Assembly: GCA_964016885.1 (NCBI GenBank)
Contig: OZ024741.1
Coordinates: 69,254,001-69,318,000, forward strand
From: Eledone cirrhosa
Lineage: Eukaryota
Direction: 5' to 3'
DNA length: 64,000 bases
Shown piece by piece: positions 50,695-64,000 of this stretch (position 1 is its first letter; each line of letters begins with the position of its first letter). A model generated the notes under the pieces. It did not search any database. It worked only from the letters and a program-made list of their open reading frames with translations, and was not told the DNA's origin. The position numbers and the translations under genes are program-made.

Positions 50695-51456
50695 TAAACA
50701 TACCATATATGTGTATATACACCACACACCCTACAAAGACATCATGTATGTGTATATACAACATTATACACTTTATAAACACACCATGTATGTGTAGATA
50801 TATCACACTATAAACACACCATGTATGTGTAGATATATCACACTATAAACACACCATATATGTGTGTATATACATCATACACCCTACAAACTCATCATGT
50901 ATGTGTATATACAACATAATACACCCTACAGACATACCATATATGTGTATATGCTATATTATACACACTATAAGCACACCATATATGCATATATACATCA
51001 TACACCCTACAAACACACCATTTGTATGTATATACAACATTATACACTCTGTAAACACACTATATATGTGTATATACAACCTTATACACCCTACAAATAC
51101 ACTATATATGTATATACACATCACCTCACCACAAACACACCATATATGTATATATATACAACAGTATACTACACTAAAACACACTATATATGTGAATATA
51201 CAACATTATACACCCTACAAATACATATGTATATACAACAACCACAACACACCATATATATATACACACAACATTATACACCCTACAGACACACCATATA
51301 TGTGTATATAAATCACACACCCTACAAACACACCATATATGTGAATATACATTATATACCCTACAAACACACTATATATTTGTATATACAACATTATACA
51401 CCCTACAAACACAGCATATATGTGTATATACAACATCTTACACGCTACAAACACAC
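50695..51456. repeat. Degenerate ~40 bp minisatellite (ATACACCCTACAAACACACCATATATGTGTATATACAACATT-like)
   Basis: Many diverged tandem units. Confidence 0.8.
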
Positions 51457-51895
51457 CATCATCATCATCATCATCATCATCACCGTTTTACGTCCGTTCT
51501 TCCATGCTAGCATGGGTTAGACGGGTTGTCCTGTTGTGGGCAGTGTCTGGTCGGCTGACCATGCCTTGCTCATACAGGAACTGATCTGGCTTGATTTCTA
51601 CAGCTGGATGCCCTTCCTAACACCAACCTCATTTACAGTGAGTGCTGGGTGCTTTTTCGTGGCGCCTACACATCCACTTTACAGTGTGGGCTGGGTGCTT
51701 TTTTGCCGTGGCACCTCCACGACCACCTTGCGGTGGGGGGTGTGGGGGCATATTGTTTATATGCTTCAGCTTGTACCCATGGGAGGTCGGGTACTCTGTA
51801 TTACTGCGTGACGCCAGAAGTCACGGTCGTGTGTCATTGTCTTTGAGAGGTGTAATTGGGTAAGGTCGGCTTTTATCACCTCATCCCAGGTCATC
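51457..51895 (-). mobile_element. RTE family B 3' end
   Basis: Inverted homolog of 49300-49680 (TWDEVIKAD.. + 3' UTR + tail). Confidence 0.85.
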
Positions 51896-53345
51896 AGCTA
51901 GTACATTTAACACAAAAGTACGAAGTGTGGGTTTAATTCCCATGCATGTTGATACCCAAGAATGTTAACTTTTCAGACGTTAGTCCTTCATTGGAAAATT
52001 GAATGAGGGAGAAGAGAGAGGATATTTGGGTGAGAGAGTAGGAAGATTGTATGTATGTGCATGGCCGGGTCGTTGGCAACTAAACCAGCAACTCCACCAA
52101 GCTTCCTTGGGGTTGAGCGTGATTTTGGACACCCTGCAGGATGAAAAACAAAACCTGTCAAAGGGTGGAGTAATTCAGGAGAGTCAACGGCCATCGAATA
52201 AAGTTTTTTGTGGAGCAAGAGACTCCTAGTCTTCATTAAGACATCTCTCTAGGAGAAGGTCACTCTGATAAAAACCTACGACTTTGTTTGCATCCATTGA
52301 CGTAGACCAGTTCTACTTTTTAGGTAAATCCATTTGATGTTCAGAAAGTGGGATTAGCCCCATTGCAAAGCTTTTCCTCACTTGAAGAATGCTTCAAGCA
52401 CATGCATCGCTTGATGTGACATTTTTTGCATTGCATGACATGGTAGGCCATAGGCAAGTCCCCAACAGGACTAAAACACCTCGTCCATGTTGCTCATGCT
52501 TAAGTATCAAGCGATAGCATTACTTGAAATTGAGTTGCAACCATCATGTATATATGTACATGTTTGCATGATGCTTGTGTTACACACACGCACAACACAT
52601 ATATCTTCAGTATTAGGTTCTCAAATGGTTGTTGGTATTAGGCAGTATATTATTGCAAGATATAAATATCAACTGGAAATATAGAATGACGATGTCGGAG
52701 AAGGAAAAGGAACAGATACCAAAACAACAACAACAAATAGCAACAAAGACTTCTTACATAACCACATCAAAGTAGAAATTTATAAAGTAGGCAGTGATGG
52801 ATTGATGTATGAAATTGTAATCTTCCTTATTTGAGTGAAGAATCATCATCTGTAACCATAGCAATAGCATCAAAGTAGTAAAGGATCTGCCATATTCTTC
52901 TATTCTTTAACTGGTTTCAGTCATAAGACTGTGGCCAGGCTGAGGCACTGCCTTGATTTAGTCCATCATATCAACCTCAGTATTGTTTCAAATCTGGTAC
53001 TTATTTTATCGATCCCTTTTTATCAAATTGCTGGGTTACACAATGCAAACATAAACACACACACACATGATGGGCTTCTCCAGTATCTGTCTACTAAAAT
53101 ACAACAGACAAGGTATTGGTGAACCCAAAACTATTGTGAAAACATTTCCACAAGATACTATGCAATGGGAATGAATCCAGCTCCACATGGTTGGTAAACA
53201 AACTCCTTAACTAAACAGCCATGATTACACCCATATATAAATCACTGATGTACACTATGGTCCAGGTGGATCTCCATACCAAAGTTTTGGTGGTTCACAG
53301 TAAGCTTCAGAAGAATAAAGAAGTCATTAATGTTTTTATATGACA

Positions 53346-53986
53346 CTAGCAGTGGTACCCGGCGTTGCACGAGATAAGCTATTTTGGAACGTGGACCGCT
53401 AACAGACCTAATCGTGGAAAAATTGCATGCCTGGACAATGTGTAAAGAAAATAAACCGAATACTCTAATGGCTGGATAATCTTTAAGATTTTCCTTGATG
53501 AAGCAGGAAAAATACAGGTTTTCACCTAATGCAGGCCCTAGAGGATCAAGAAAATGAATTTTTTTCATGTGCAGAATATGCCTTGAAATTTCGGGAAAAT
53601 TGGCTAGACGTAACACCTCTAAAAAGCTGAAAAAATGAAGTTTTTCACCTAATGCCATAAAAAAGTTGGATTTTCTTTGCTCACAGTATGAAGAAGAGAC
53701 TGACTAATACATAGTTAGAATTTCAAGGAAATCGGTCTGACGTAACACCTAAAAAAACCCCTAAAAAGCTGAAAAAACGGTATTTCACCTAATGCGGGCC
53801 GTAGGGAAACAAAAAGTTGAATTTACATAACACTCCATGAGACATAAGTAATACACATGTAAAGTTTGAAAAAAATCGGTCATGTACTTCTCGAGTTTTA
53901 GGGATTCAAACTCACACACACACACACACACACACAGACACAGACACAGACAGACAGAGAGACATCCTCAGTCTTATATATGTAGA
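53346..53986 (-). mobile_element. Non-autonomous Helitron
   Basis: Minus strand A|TCTACATATATAAG ... (TGTC)n ... CTCGTGCAACGCCGGGTACCACTG-CTAG|T. Confidence 0.8.
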
Positions 53987-54736
53987 TTTTAAAATGGGAC
54001 TTAATTAAAAGTAAATTTACATGTAACATCTAAAATATGAAAGGCAGTGAATTGTCAGAGTTGTTAGGGTGTTGGATTAAAAATCTTCTTTCTCTTCTTC
54101 ACCCATTTATTCCCAAGAGGGTTGTGGATGCAGACAACTGGATGCTTACAACTCCATCAGGAGTTAAGAGCTTTCTACCATATACAATGTAAAAGCATGT
54201 GGCCTAGTGGTTAGTGTATTGGATTCAAAATTATAAGGTCAGTGGTTCTTGGATTGGGCAGCACATTGGGTTCTTGAGCAAGACACTTTATTTCACACTG
54301 CAGTGTTAGGTGGGAGACATACATTTTTTGTTTTTTAATTTCAAACTACAACATTTTGTAACAACAACAGCAACAACAACAACAACACTATCAACAGCAA
54401 TAAGAGATCAGCTGGGATATATCCAAATGTAATTACCCCTACAACACACCATCTCTTGTTGAAATATGAAACATTTATTTACTTATAATAATGTTCAATC
54501 TTGTATATGATGGAGATTGGTTTACATAGGATAGTTGGGTTTGTAGGAGGGTATAAAAGAATGAGGTGGTATGTGTATGAAGAAGAGTGATGTAGATGTA
54601 GAAACTGTGTATGGTTGTGTGCATATGACAGAAGATGGGAAAACAAGGTGTGTGCAATAAATATGTATATGTGTGTGTATGTATGTATGATGTGTGTGTA
54701 TGTATATATATATATATACATATATATATATAAAAC

Positions 54737-54915
54737 AAAGGGTCGGGACCCCAATGGCTGAGCTCTTGCCATTTCAACAGCTAGTTCGGAAACTGCATGA
54801 ACTCAGCTGTTGGGGTCCCAACTCTTTATAATATAACCATACTCTACTACCCCAAGTATCAAGTAGTCTGTTGAGTAATGGTCTAACTAGTTTCAAACTG
54901 AATCCATTCTGATTG
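54737..54915. other. Long hairpin element (copy 2)
   Basis: AAAGGGTCGGGACCCCAATGGCTGAG..CTCAGCTGTTGGGGTCCCAACTCTTT plus tail homologous to 27857-27937. Confidence 0.78.
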
Positions 54916-55030
54916 ATATATATATATATAGAGATTTTGAGTATATGTTGGTTGTATACCAACACCTCAGTATGCAGATTGGAGCACTCGACGAAGTGCG
55001 CAGGTTGGTTTGGTTACTCCGGAGTAATGT

Positions 55031-55199
55031 AAAATAAAATAAAATAAATAAGTCAAATGTTTAAAATTTAGCTTTGCTTATTACTGCTATATATATTTCG
55101 GTGACAGCCATCTTTGGCCTGAAGATGGCTGTCACCGAAATGTATATAGCAGTAATAAGCAAAGCTAAATTTTAAACATTTGACTTATTTATTTTATTT

Positions 55200-55206
<7 letters not shown>
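55031..55206. ncRNA. Near-perfect ~175 bp palindrome with a hammerhead-like core at its centre (55117-55150 plus)
   Basis: CTGAAGA-TGGCTGTCACC-GAAA-TGTATA-TA-GCAGT; stem I appears cut by the inversion point; arms match at nearly every base. Confidence 0.65.
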
Positions 55207-55242
<36 letters not shown>

Positions 55243-55243
<1 letters not shown>

Positions 55244-56630
55244 TAGCATTAAAGCCCGGCGTTGCTCGGGGTCATTAAGTTACCAAAGTTAGGTTGCACC
55301 ACCCATTTTATGGCACCACTTTTTTGTCTGCCAGGCAAAATGTGTGGGTTGTAGATAGAGGTAAGCAGATGATATGAGAGAGTAAAACGGACAGTATCAC
55401 CATCAAGCTTGGAAAGAGAAAGTAGCAGAAAGTATGAAGTTGTATAGATTTTGAATGGTAGTGGATAGAGTTTAGCACTTTAAATGAGAGAGAAAAATCG
55501 TAAAATATTGAGTTTTATCTATTTTTTGCGTAATTGTGGGTGAAATTGAAAAAATTAGATGTGCCAAGACGCAATCGAAGCTATTTCGAATACTGAATTG
55601 TAAATTTCAATTGAAGAAATTCTATATCGTAGATTTCTATAACAAAGGAGCATGTCCATACACTGAGCTTTATAGATTACTAGCAGTAAAGCCCGGCGTT
55701 GCTCGGGGTCGCTCAGTAGCTGTGTTAAAGTTACAATGTTAAGTTTCTTTTTTGGCTTAAAAACTGTAATGTCTACTGTGCAGACTTGCATGTGGTGTTT
55801 TTGATTAATATTCCCTCAACCAACAATATGCCTTATGAAGTTAAGAAAACATAACGATAACCCGAATGTTATAACAAAAGAGGATGCTGGGGATAGAAAC
55901 TGCACTGGTTATTTATTAACAAAGATCGAAAATGTAAACACTGCAACGCAGAGAAAAACATTAGCGTAACCAAATTATCAGTTATGTCTGTCTGCACGCC
56001 TATATCACCTCTCTGCACGACTGTCTGTCTGCACGCCTATATCACCTCTCTGCACGACTGTCTGTCTGCACGCCTATATCACCTCTCTGCACGACTGTCT
56101 GTCTGCACGCCTATATCACCTCTCTGCACGACTGTCTGTCTGCACGCGTATATCACCTCTCTGCACGACTGTCTGTCTGCACGGCTGTCTGTCTGCACGC
56201 CTAACGACGAAATATTTGCTTGTTTTACGTAGTCTTTAAATAGACTTGTTTTCAAGTAAAAATATTGTTTTAAAATGCTTTTAAATGGAAATGAAGCAAA
56301 ACGGAAGCTTAGTGTTCGAACTGATGAATTTTGCAGGTCAATATTTTGCTGGGTCGACAACTGTTAAAGCCAGCGTAATTTTTTACGTAAGACGCTCAAT
56401 GTAAACAGAACAAAGGGAAATAACTGATAACTTACGCTCAAAAATCGATACATTATATTCGATTTCGTCACATAGGGTGGGTCAATTTGAAATTTTTTTT
56501 TTCCGATGTCTTCGCTAGGGCTCAATGTACAAGTATAGCAATTTCGGTGCAATTCCGTGAGAGATTCTAAGAGGAGATGTGTGCCAAAAATCGATAGACA
56601 GACAGACAACCACAGTTTTATATATATAGA
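55243..56630 (-). mobile_element. Non-autonomous Helitron with two 3' termini and an internal 37-bp tandem array
   Basis: Minus: A|TCTATATATATAAAAC start; GACCCCGAGCAACGCCGGGCTTTA.TG-CTAG|T at both ~55680 and 55243; 37-bp unit at 55985-56200. Confidence 0.85.
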
Positions 56631-57849
56631 TGATATATATATATACCGACTGGACTGGACCGGAGTTTAACTCATAACATTGTGTAATGATTTAACAGAA
56701 AATATTTTGAAAGCAGGTTAGTTAGTTCAAATATGTATAGTATCTTTACTAGTGAACAGATAATTATGAAAATTTGCAGAATGTTTGTGAACATTTACAG
56801 TATTAGTGTAAGGACTTTAATTTCTAATGTGATGTAGCCATAGTGCAGCTATGTATTTTTCAAGAATGTCTTAATAATTCAGTTTCATGTGGTTCGTCTT
56901 AATAATTGTTTCTACTTTTGCACATTGTATTACTGGTACTTTATTTTATTGATCCCGTAAGGATGAAAGGCAAAGTTAACCTCGGCAAGATTTGAACTCC
57001 GACAATAAAGGGCCGTAACTCTTTTCTGCAAAGCATGGCGTTCGACCCTCTACCGATACTGCCAAATAATGCAGTTTCTTGTGGTACATGACAGCAACAG
57101 TTCAAAAGAGAGATGCAAAGAAACGACAAGCAAAATTGTGTGTGTGTGTATTCACGATCATATTTTTTCGGTCATGACGATAACATTCATGACGACAGGT
57201 AAGGGTTGGCATGAATACTGAATTAGCGATAGCGAGTTTTATTGTTGCATCTACCTCCCTTCTTCTGGTGACTGAATGCTGAAGCTGGCACACTATTGCA
57301 CCAGCTCCTGCAGTTCTTGCATTTAATTCAGCCTTCTGCCTCCCAACACTCATGAAAACAGTCATGAGATACTTGAAATTCTCCACCTGCTTCAGGGCAA
57401 CTTCACTCAAATTAGATTCTATAAATTAATTATTTGGTTAAAATGGTGTCGTTGGATGATTGTTAATTATGACAAAAATATAAAAAGAAAACAAAAACAA
57501 AGATTAGCTGGAATATGAAAATAAAGCTGACCACTGGACATGTCTCTCTATGTTTTGATTCCAAAACATAGACATCATCATCATTGTCATCATCATTTAA
57601 CCCTTTAGCATTTACATTACTCTATATTTACTGTTGTATTTTCATGGGAAAGGCTTTATCTTACAGAATTATCTCTCATGATATTGAATCTATGAGATAT
57701 TGATATTATTTATTTTGAGAACAATACCTTAACATCAGTATGAGCGGCCAGTTAGAACAAAAAGAAATGAGAGAATTCTGGCCGGATACAGCCAGTTTAA
57801 ATGTTAAAGGGTTAATATCCATTTTCCTTGTTAGTAAGGGTTGGATGTA

Positions 57850-58290
57850 ATTAAATATTATTAACTACTTTGTCTGCAGCTCTACCGATTATACCACTCA
57901 ACCACTTATTCTTAACTTATGGATTATAATGAATAGAAGAAGTCTAAGTAAAGAACCTTAGTGGTTACCTATCCATGCAGGAAACTTCTCATTGAACTTG
58001 ATGTTAACTCTAACCTTGATAACAACAGTTTTCTACAAAGCTTGCATGGCTCTCATATGCCATTCATCTACATTTAATTTCCTTTGTGTCCACTAGACTA
58101 CAGATCAAATGACTTTGACAAAAGCCTTCAAATCAATAAATGAGGATTATAGTTGCATGCTCTGATCTAAGAACTTCTTATGTAGTTCTCTCACTAGATA
58201 TGTAACATCTATGGTTCTGTGCTCTAACATAAATCCAAACTAGATCGTATCCACATGGCGCATCTATGTAATTGTTCTAGCTGTTAGTCT
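57850..58290 (-). mobile_element. Decayed RTE reverse transcriptase fragment
   Basis: Minus strand remnants FGFM..TID..YLVREL..KFL..F.DL.AF. Confidence 0.55.
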
Positions 58291-58396
58291 CTTTCAAATC
58301 ATACCAGACCATCTTAAAAAGAGGGAAACATGCATTAATACATGGAGTCTGAAATACACCTAAAACGTTATATCTGAGATGTTCTTTAATGTAATA

Positions 58397-58740
58397 TAGA
58401 GGCACATGGCTTAGTGGTTAGAGCATTGGTCTTGCAATCGAAAGGTTGTGAGTTCAATTCTCAGACCGGGTGATGTGTTGTTTCCTTGAGCAAAACACTT
58501 TATTTCATATTGCTCCAGTTTACTCAGCTGTAGAAATGAGATGATAGGACTGGGGTCCCTATCATTCCACTGCAAAGTGGACTTATAGGCGCCACGGAAA
58601 AAAAAAAAGCGCCCAGCATTCACTGTAAATGAGGTTGGTGTTAGGAAGGACATCCAGCTGTAGAAATCAAGCCAGAATCAGTTCCCGTCCCACCCTTGCA
58701 AGCAGGGAAAAGCAGACGTAAAATGATGATGATGATGATT
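58397..58740 (+). mobile_element. SINE family B, full length
   Basis: As for 22134. Confidence 0.9.
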
Positions 58741-59189
58741 GCTCAATCATAGCTGAGCTGTAGGTTAAACAAAAGCATACCCAAGATAGTCATACTCTGA
58801 AATATCTTTAAAACTCTCTCGGATAGTTTCATAACTTAGGTCATTGCGGCCTCAATAATAGCACTCCTTCCCTGTAGCTTTCTTTGTTAGACTTGTATCA
58901 GTTGTCAATGAGATTATGAACAACATTTTGTAAATGTGGTTGGTGTTAGAAAGGACATCAAGCTGTAAAAACCAAGCCAAAGCCAGTTAGTTATGTGTGA
59001 GTAAAACATGGTCATTGGACATGGTTTGTCTCACAACAGGGAAACTCGTCTAACACATGCTAAAGTGGAAAAATGGACATTAAACGGTGATGATAAGTAT
59101 TTCATATTATAAACAGGAAGAGAGTAAAGAGAAAAATAAGAAAATGGGGGTAGGAGGGTCAGACTGATCCTTGGATATGTGGTATATCT

Positions 59190-59780
59190 TCATCTGCAAC
59201 CCGCAGACAAGATGGTGGAAGTAGTGCTGCAGAGAACACCCAGCAACAGCTGCTGCATCAGCCACTCTACTTCATGGGACTCCTTCCTCATATGGGAGGC
59301 ACTCCTGATTTTATGGAGGAAATGGCAGTCTGGGCATTGGGACACTGGGGGTGTCAACCAGTACAAAAAGAAAGCACTTTAATGAATAAATTTATATATG
59401 TCTATAAAGAAAGGTTGGGCAGAAACGAGTTAAGTATGTTCCATTGGATGTGTAATGCTAGTGTGCCTGGATGGTGAGGCATGACTGAGCTGAGAGGAAA
59501 ACTGGACATGTGTGCAAGAGATAACATACCACTGGTATAGATAACTGATGCATATGGATGATGATCATTGGGTGAAGAAGTGCCAAGAGATCCCAGTGGA
59601 AGGAAGCTGCATTAAGGGAAGTATGAGGAAGACCAGAGCAAACTGATGAGAGCTGATGTCAAAACGCTGGCCCTCGGAGTGGAAATGACAAAAGGATATA
59701 ACAAGTGGAGGAAATCTGTGCTGGAAAAGACCCATCCAAAACATGGAAAAAAATGGACGTAAAAGGATGATGATGATGGT
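59190..59780 (+). mobile_element. Decayed RTE family A-like 3' fragment
   Basis: Remnants of WMC..WVKKCQEIPVEG..RAD..W..VL.KTHP and GGACGTAAAA(GAT)n tail. Confidence 0.7.
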
Positions 59781-59934
59781 ATATATGTGCCCCAGTTTTT
59801 AGAATAGATACACTGTTTCTTGTGTGTTCTAAGAGGCAACTAAAAAAGTTGGTGTCAGGCTGTAAAACATTGTCTCAAAACACCCCGTCAAACTCATGCC
59901 AGCATAGAAAAGTGGATGTGAAGATGATAATATA

Positions 59935-60423
59935 CCGTTTATACTCGTATATAAGCCGAGAAATATGTGACAAAAATATTATAAAAATGGTAAAATAGAG
60001 TTGGCTTATATTCCTGGTCAATATTTTACCAATTTTCAGCAACTTTAAAATTCTACGTAAATGAAGCGCTGAATTATTTTCGCTTTGTAGGCAAATATTT
60101 CACTGGTTTTACTTTCGACATGAAATTCCTAATTCCTATTGATTTTTATGTTTGGAATGAATATGGCCTTCAAAACACTCAGAAATTGACAAAAAAAAAA
60201 AAAATCATTACATAATGGAGTTGTGAGGCAAAAACTATATTCTAAACGACTCTTAAAATATCAAAATATTAAAACTTCCTAAATATATTCTCCTCATGAG
60301 AATTTCAAAACCTCACCTTCTAAACATAAGGTGTTGATTACCTGCTTTGGTTTATAAACAGGGTTTGGATTTTTGCCTATTTCTCAGACAAAATAGTTGA
60401 GGTTGGCTTATATTCAAGTATAT

Positions 60424-60427
<4 letters not shown>
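59935..60427. mobile_element. pogo/Tigger-like non-autonomous DNA transposon
   Basis: TA|CCGTTTATACTCGTATATAAGCCGA ... TTGGCTTATATTCAAGTATATACAG|T imperfect TIRs. Confidence 0.7.
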
Positions 60428-60467
<40 letters not shown>

Positions 60468-60591
60468 ATATCATCATCATCATCATCAACGTTTAAAGTC
60501 CGTGTTCCACGCTTGCATGGGTTTGGACGGGGGTATTCCCACTTGAGGCAAGAGTGATTGTCTTGCTCGCATAGGACTGTCTATTATATAT

Positions 60592-61178
60592 AGATTTTAC
60601 ATGTGGCCGGTGCTCTGGTGCAATAAGTAGCAGCAAGTGCCCACAAAATACTAGCTCTTTCAATTGCGCAGAGGGTTCTATAGAAATAGTGGACAGCTTC
60701 CGTTACCTGGGTGACAAAATCAGCAGTGGGGGAGGGTGCTCTGAAAGTACAGTAGCTAGAGTCAGAACTGGATGGAAAAAGTTCAGAGAGCTTATACCAC
60801 TATTAGCCGCTAAAGGGTTCTCTCTAAAAATGAAAGGCAGGTCACCCCCACCCCATCCACACCGCCCCTTTCAATGTAAAGTTATGTTGGTGCCACAACA
60901 TCCAGACTGAAACAAATGAGATTGTGTAGGTGTCACGACAAAAAAACACACAGTCCACGCTGTAATGTGGCCATGTAGGCAACACGGTAAAAACCTCCCA
61001 GCCCCACACTGTAAATGTGGTTGGTGTTAGGAAGGGCATCCAGCTGTAGACAACCCGCCAGACAGTCCTATGCGAGCAAGAGTGTCACTCTTGCCTCAAG
61101 TGGGAAAACTCCCGTCCAAACCCATGCAAGCGTGGAACACGGACGTTAAACGATGATGATGATGATGTTGATGATGAT
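60592..61178 (+). mobile_element. Internally deleted RTE family B copy (preceded by an inverted tail fragment at 60470-60582)
   Basis: CAEGSIEIVDSFRYLGDKISSGGGCSEST..GFSLKMKGR joined directly to 3' UTR at ~60843; close match to 62370-63430. Confidence 0.88.
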
Positions 61179-61713
61179 ATATGGGAAAACAGCCCCAAAA
61201 CACCCAGCACACACTGACAATGTGGTTGGCGTTAGGAAGGGCATCCATCCGTAAAAAAACAGCCAGAAACTCTCTTATATGAACGAGACACGGTCACCCA
61301 ACCCAACTTGCCTCTACATGGGACAAACCCGTCTAACCCATGCTAGCGTGGAGAATAGACGTTAATCGATGATGATGATATATATAATTTTAATATGTTT
61401 ATCTATTACTAACATTCTATTGTTTGAGCTTTATTTCTAATTCATATCTCTTCTCTGCTTTGCTTTGTAACCACTGAGGATCACTGATGTGCAAGTAGAC
61501 ACCTGCTTTAAACGATGGTTTGGGTTTAATTATATAGTTTTAATCATCACACACACATACACACACTCCAACCATCACACACTACCTTGGAATTATATAT
61601 ATATATATATATAATTATATATATTTGTATATTGATCGCTTTTTGTTTTTGCACATAAACGATAGCTGCCATCCCTTATCCTCCCCTTATCCACCATTAT
61701 GTAGTGTGTTTAT

Positions 61714-61746
<33 letters not shown>

Positions 61747-61760
61747 CGCACGCACGCACA

Positions 61761-61883
<123 letters not shown>

Positions 61884-62369
61884 TTTTTAATGCTTTTACT
61901 ATTGTTTTGTTACCTTTGAAGGAAGGAAAATGTGTGTAAGAGAGAAAACCAAAAAGAATGAAAGATATAAGTAACAATAAAAGTGGCCATGTCTGTAGTA
62001 GAGAGAGAGGGTGGTGTAGGGAACCAGGGAGAGTGAGGAATAGAGAGAGGGGAAAGAGAAACAGGGAATGAGTGAGAGGTAGGTAGGGAGATAGAAATAG
62101 AGGGAGAGTGGGGAATAGAGAGGGGGAGAGAGAAATAGAGGGAGGGAGAAAGGGAAAGAGAAATAGAGAGCATTATGTAGAGAGTTGATTGAGAAGAGTT
62201 GAAAACATATGTAGGTCTATTCCCTATAGTTCCTAATTTTCTAGCTAAATATTCGATTTTTTCCCTCTTACTCAGTGTGTGTGCACGGCATATATATATA
62301 TGTGTGTGCCATATGTGTTATATATATATGTGTGTCATATGTGTGTTATATATATATATATGTGTGTGT

Positions 62370-64000
62370 GTCATCATCATCATTATCAACGTTTAACGTC
62401 CGTGTTCCACGCTTGCATGGGTTTGGACGGGGGAATTCCCACTTGAGGCAAGAGTGATTGTCTTGCTCGCATAGGACTGTCTGGCAGGTTTTCTACAGTT
62501 GGATGCCCTTCCTAACACCAACCACATTTACAGTGTGGGACTGGGAGGTTTTTACCGTGTTGCCTACACGGCCACATTACAGCGTGGACTGTGTGTTTTT
62601 TTGTCGTGACACCTACACGATCTCATTTTTTTCGGCCTGGATGTTGTGGCACCAACATAACTTTACATAGGAGGGGGTGGTGTTGATGGGGCGTGGGTGG
62701 TGGGACGGGGGTGTATTTTGTTAGAGATGCCTACTGGCTGTAGTAGGTTTTACTATTTATTTAGGTAAGGCGGGTCTTCTCTATTACTGAGTACCGCCAA
62801 AGGTCTCGGTCCAGTGACATTGTCTTGGAGGGGTGTAAGTGTGTGAGGTCGGAGTTTATCAGCTCGTCCCAGATTTTCTAGATCTGCCTATTCCGTGGCT
62901 ACCGTCTATCTTTATTGCCCTGCACTTTGTTATACAGCTATCGACTTTCATGCGCATCACGTGTCCGTACCAACGTAGCCTTCTCTCGAGTAAACAACAT
63001 CTGATCCCTCTTATTTCTAATTTTTTCCTTAGTTCGTTTATGCTTTGCCGTTCACGTATATTACTATTACACATCCAGCGGAGCATGCAAGCTTCGTCCC
63101 TCTCTAGTCTGCGTATATCCTCTGCGCACAATGCCCAGGTCTCACTGCCATGCAACATTGCTGTTCGTATGCAGGCATCATACAACCTGCCTTTCATTAG
63201 GGAGAACCCTTTAGCGGCTAATAGTGGTATAAGCTCTCTGAACTTTTTCCATCCAGTTCTGACTCTAGCTACTGTACTTTCGGAGCACCCTCCCCCACTG
63301 CTGATTTTGTCACCCAGGTAACGGAAGCTGTCCACTATTTCTATAGAGCCCTCTGCGCAATTGAAAGAGTTAGTATTTTGTGGGCACTCGCTGCTACTTA
63401 TTGCACCAGAGCACCGCCCACATGTAAAATCTAAGTTCTTAGTTAGCTTACCTGTGATCCCACTACATCTTTTATGCACCCATACTTTGCATTTGGGACA
63501 TAAAATGGAGTTTCTACCTACGCCTTTCCTACACACTGAGCATGGCCATTTCCCGGAAGCGACCACCGCCTTATTTTCTTTCTTACAAACTAGAACTTTA
63601 GTCTTAGCCAGGTTAATTTTAAGGCCTTTTGATTCTAGGCCGTGCTTCCATGTTTGGAATTTCTTCTCTAGCTCAGCCATTGATTCAGCTATGAGTGTCA
63701 GGTCGTCTGCGTATAGGAGTTCCCATGGGCAGCCGGTCTTGAACTCCTCTGTTATAGCCTGAAGGGCAATAATAAATAGTAGGGGGCTGAGAACAGAGCC
63801 CTGATGGACGCCAACTTTTACGCTAAACTCTTCACTATATTCGTTGTTAATTCTAACCTTGCTGACTGTTTCATTATACATGGCTTGTATAGCTCTCACA
63901 AGCCATTCGTCGACACCTAGTTTTCTAAAGGCCCACCAGATAATGGAACGGGGGACTCTGTCGAAGGCTTTCTCCAAGTCGACAAAAGCTAAGTAGAGGG
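62370..64000 (-). mobile_element. RTE LINE family B, 3' portion (RT, Cys cluster, 3' UTR); continues beyond the window
   Basis: ORF 62859-63977: DLEKAFDRVP, GVHQGSVLSP, LYADD, CSVC..CPKC..WVHKRC..CGRC, RRLRWYGHVMR; frameshift near the C-terminus. Confidence 0.93.

Noticed and set aside
61480-61520. CTGATGTGCAAGTAGACACCTGCTTTAAACG hammerhead-like remnant
   Set aside because: Both core boxes are mutated; too degenerate to call

Overview
AT-rich, repeat-saturated eukaryotic (animal) DNA with no host protein-coding gene that I can support; almost all ORFs in the track are microsatellite translations. The repeat landscape (tRNA-derived SINEs with (ATG)n tails, RTE LINEs, very long (TA)n/(CA)n tracts) looks like an octopus/cephalopod intergenic or intronic region (inference). 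Recognisable content: a Penelope-like element (RT + GIY-YIG, ~29.9-36.8 kb, minus) bounded by inverted pseudo-LTRs and interrupted by a near full-length RTE LINE; a second Penelope endonuclease fragment; several truncated RTE copies; a CRE-clade fragment; three tRNA-SINE families; piggyBac-, pogo- and Helitron-type non-autonomous elements; minisatellites. The most interesting signal is non-coding: seven type I hammerhead ribozyme motifs from about five sequence families, mostly in fold-back (palindromic) units next to (TA)n, three of which are associated with a shared downstream GCAYT-N4CG-AGTGC hairpin, plus a two-copy long hairpin element with apparent compensatory changes. All structures were paired by eye and coordinates of degenerate repeats are approximate.
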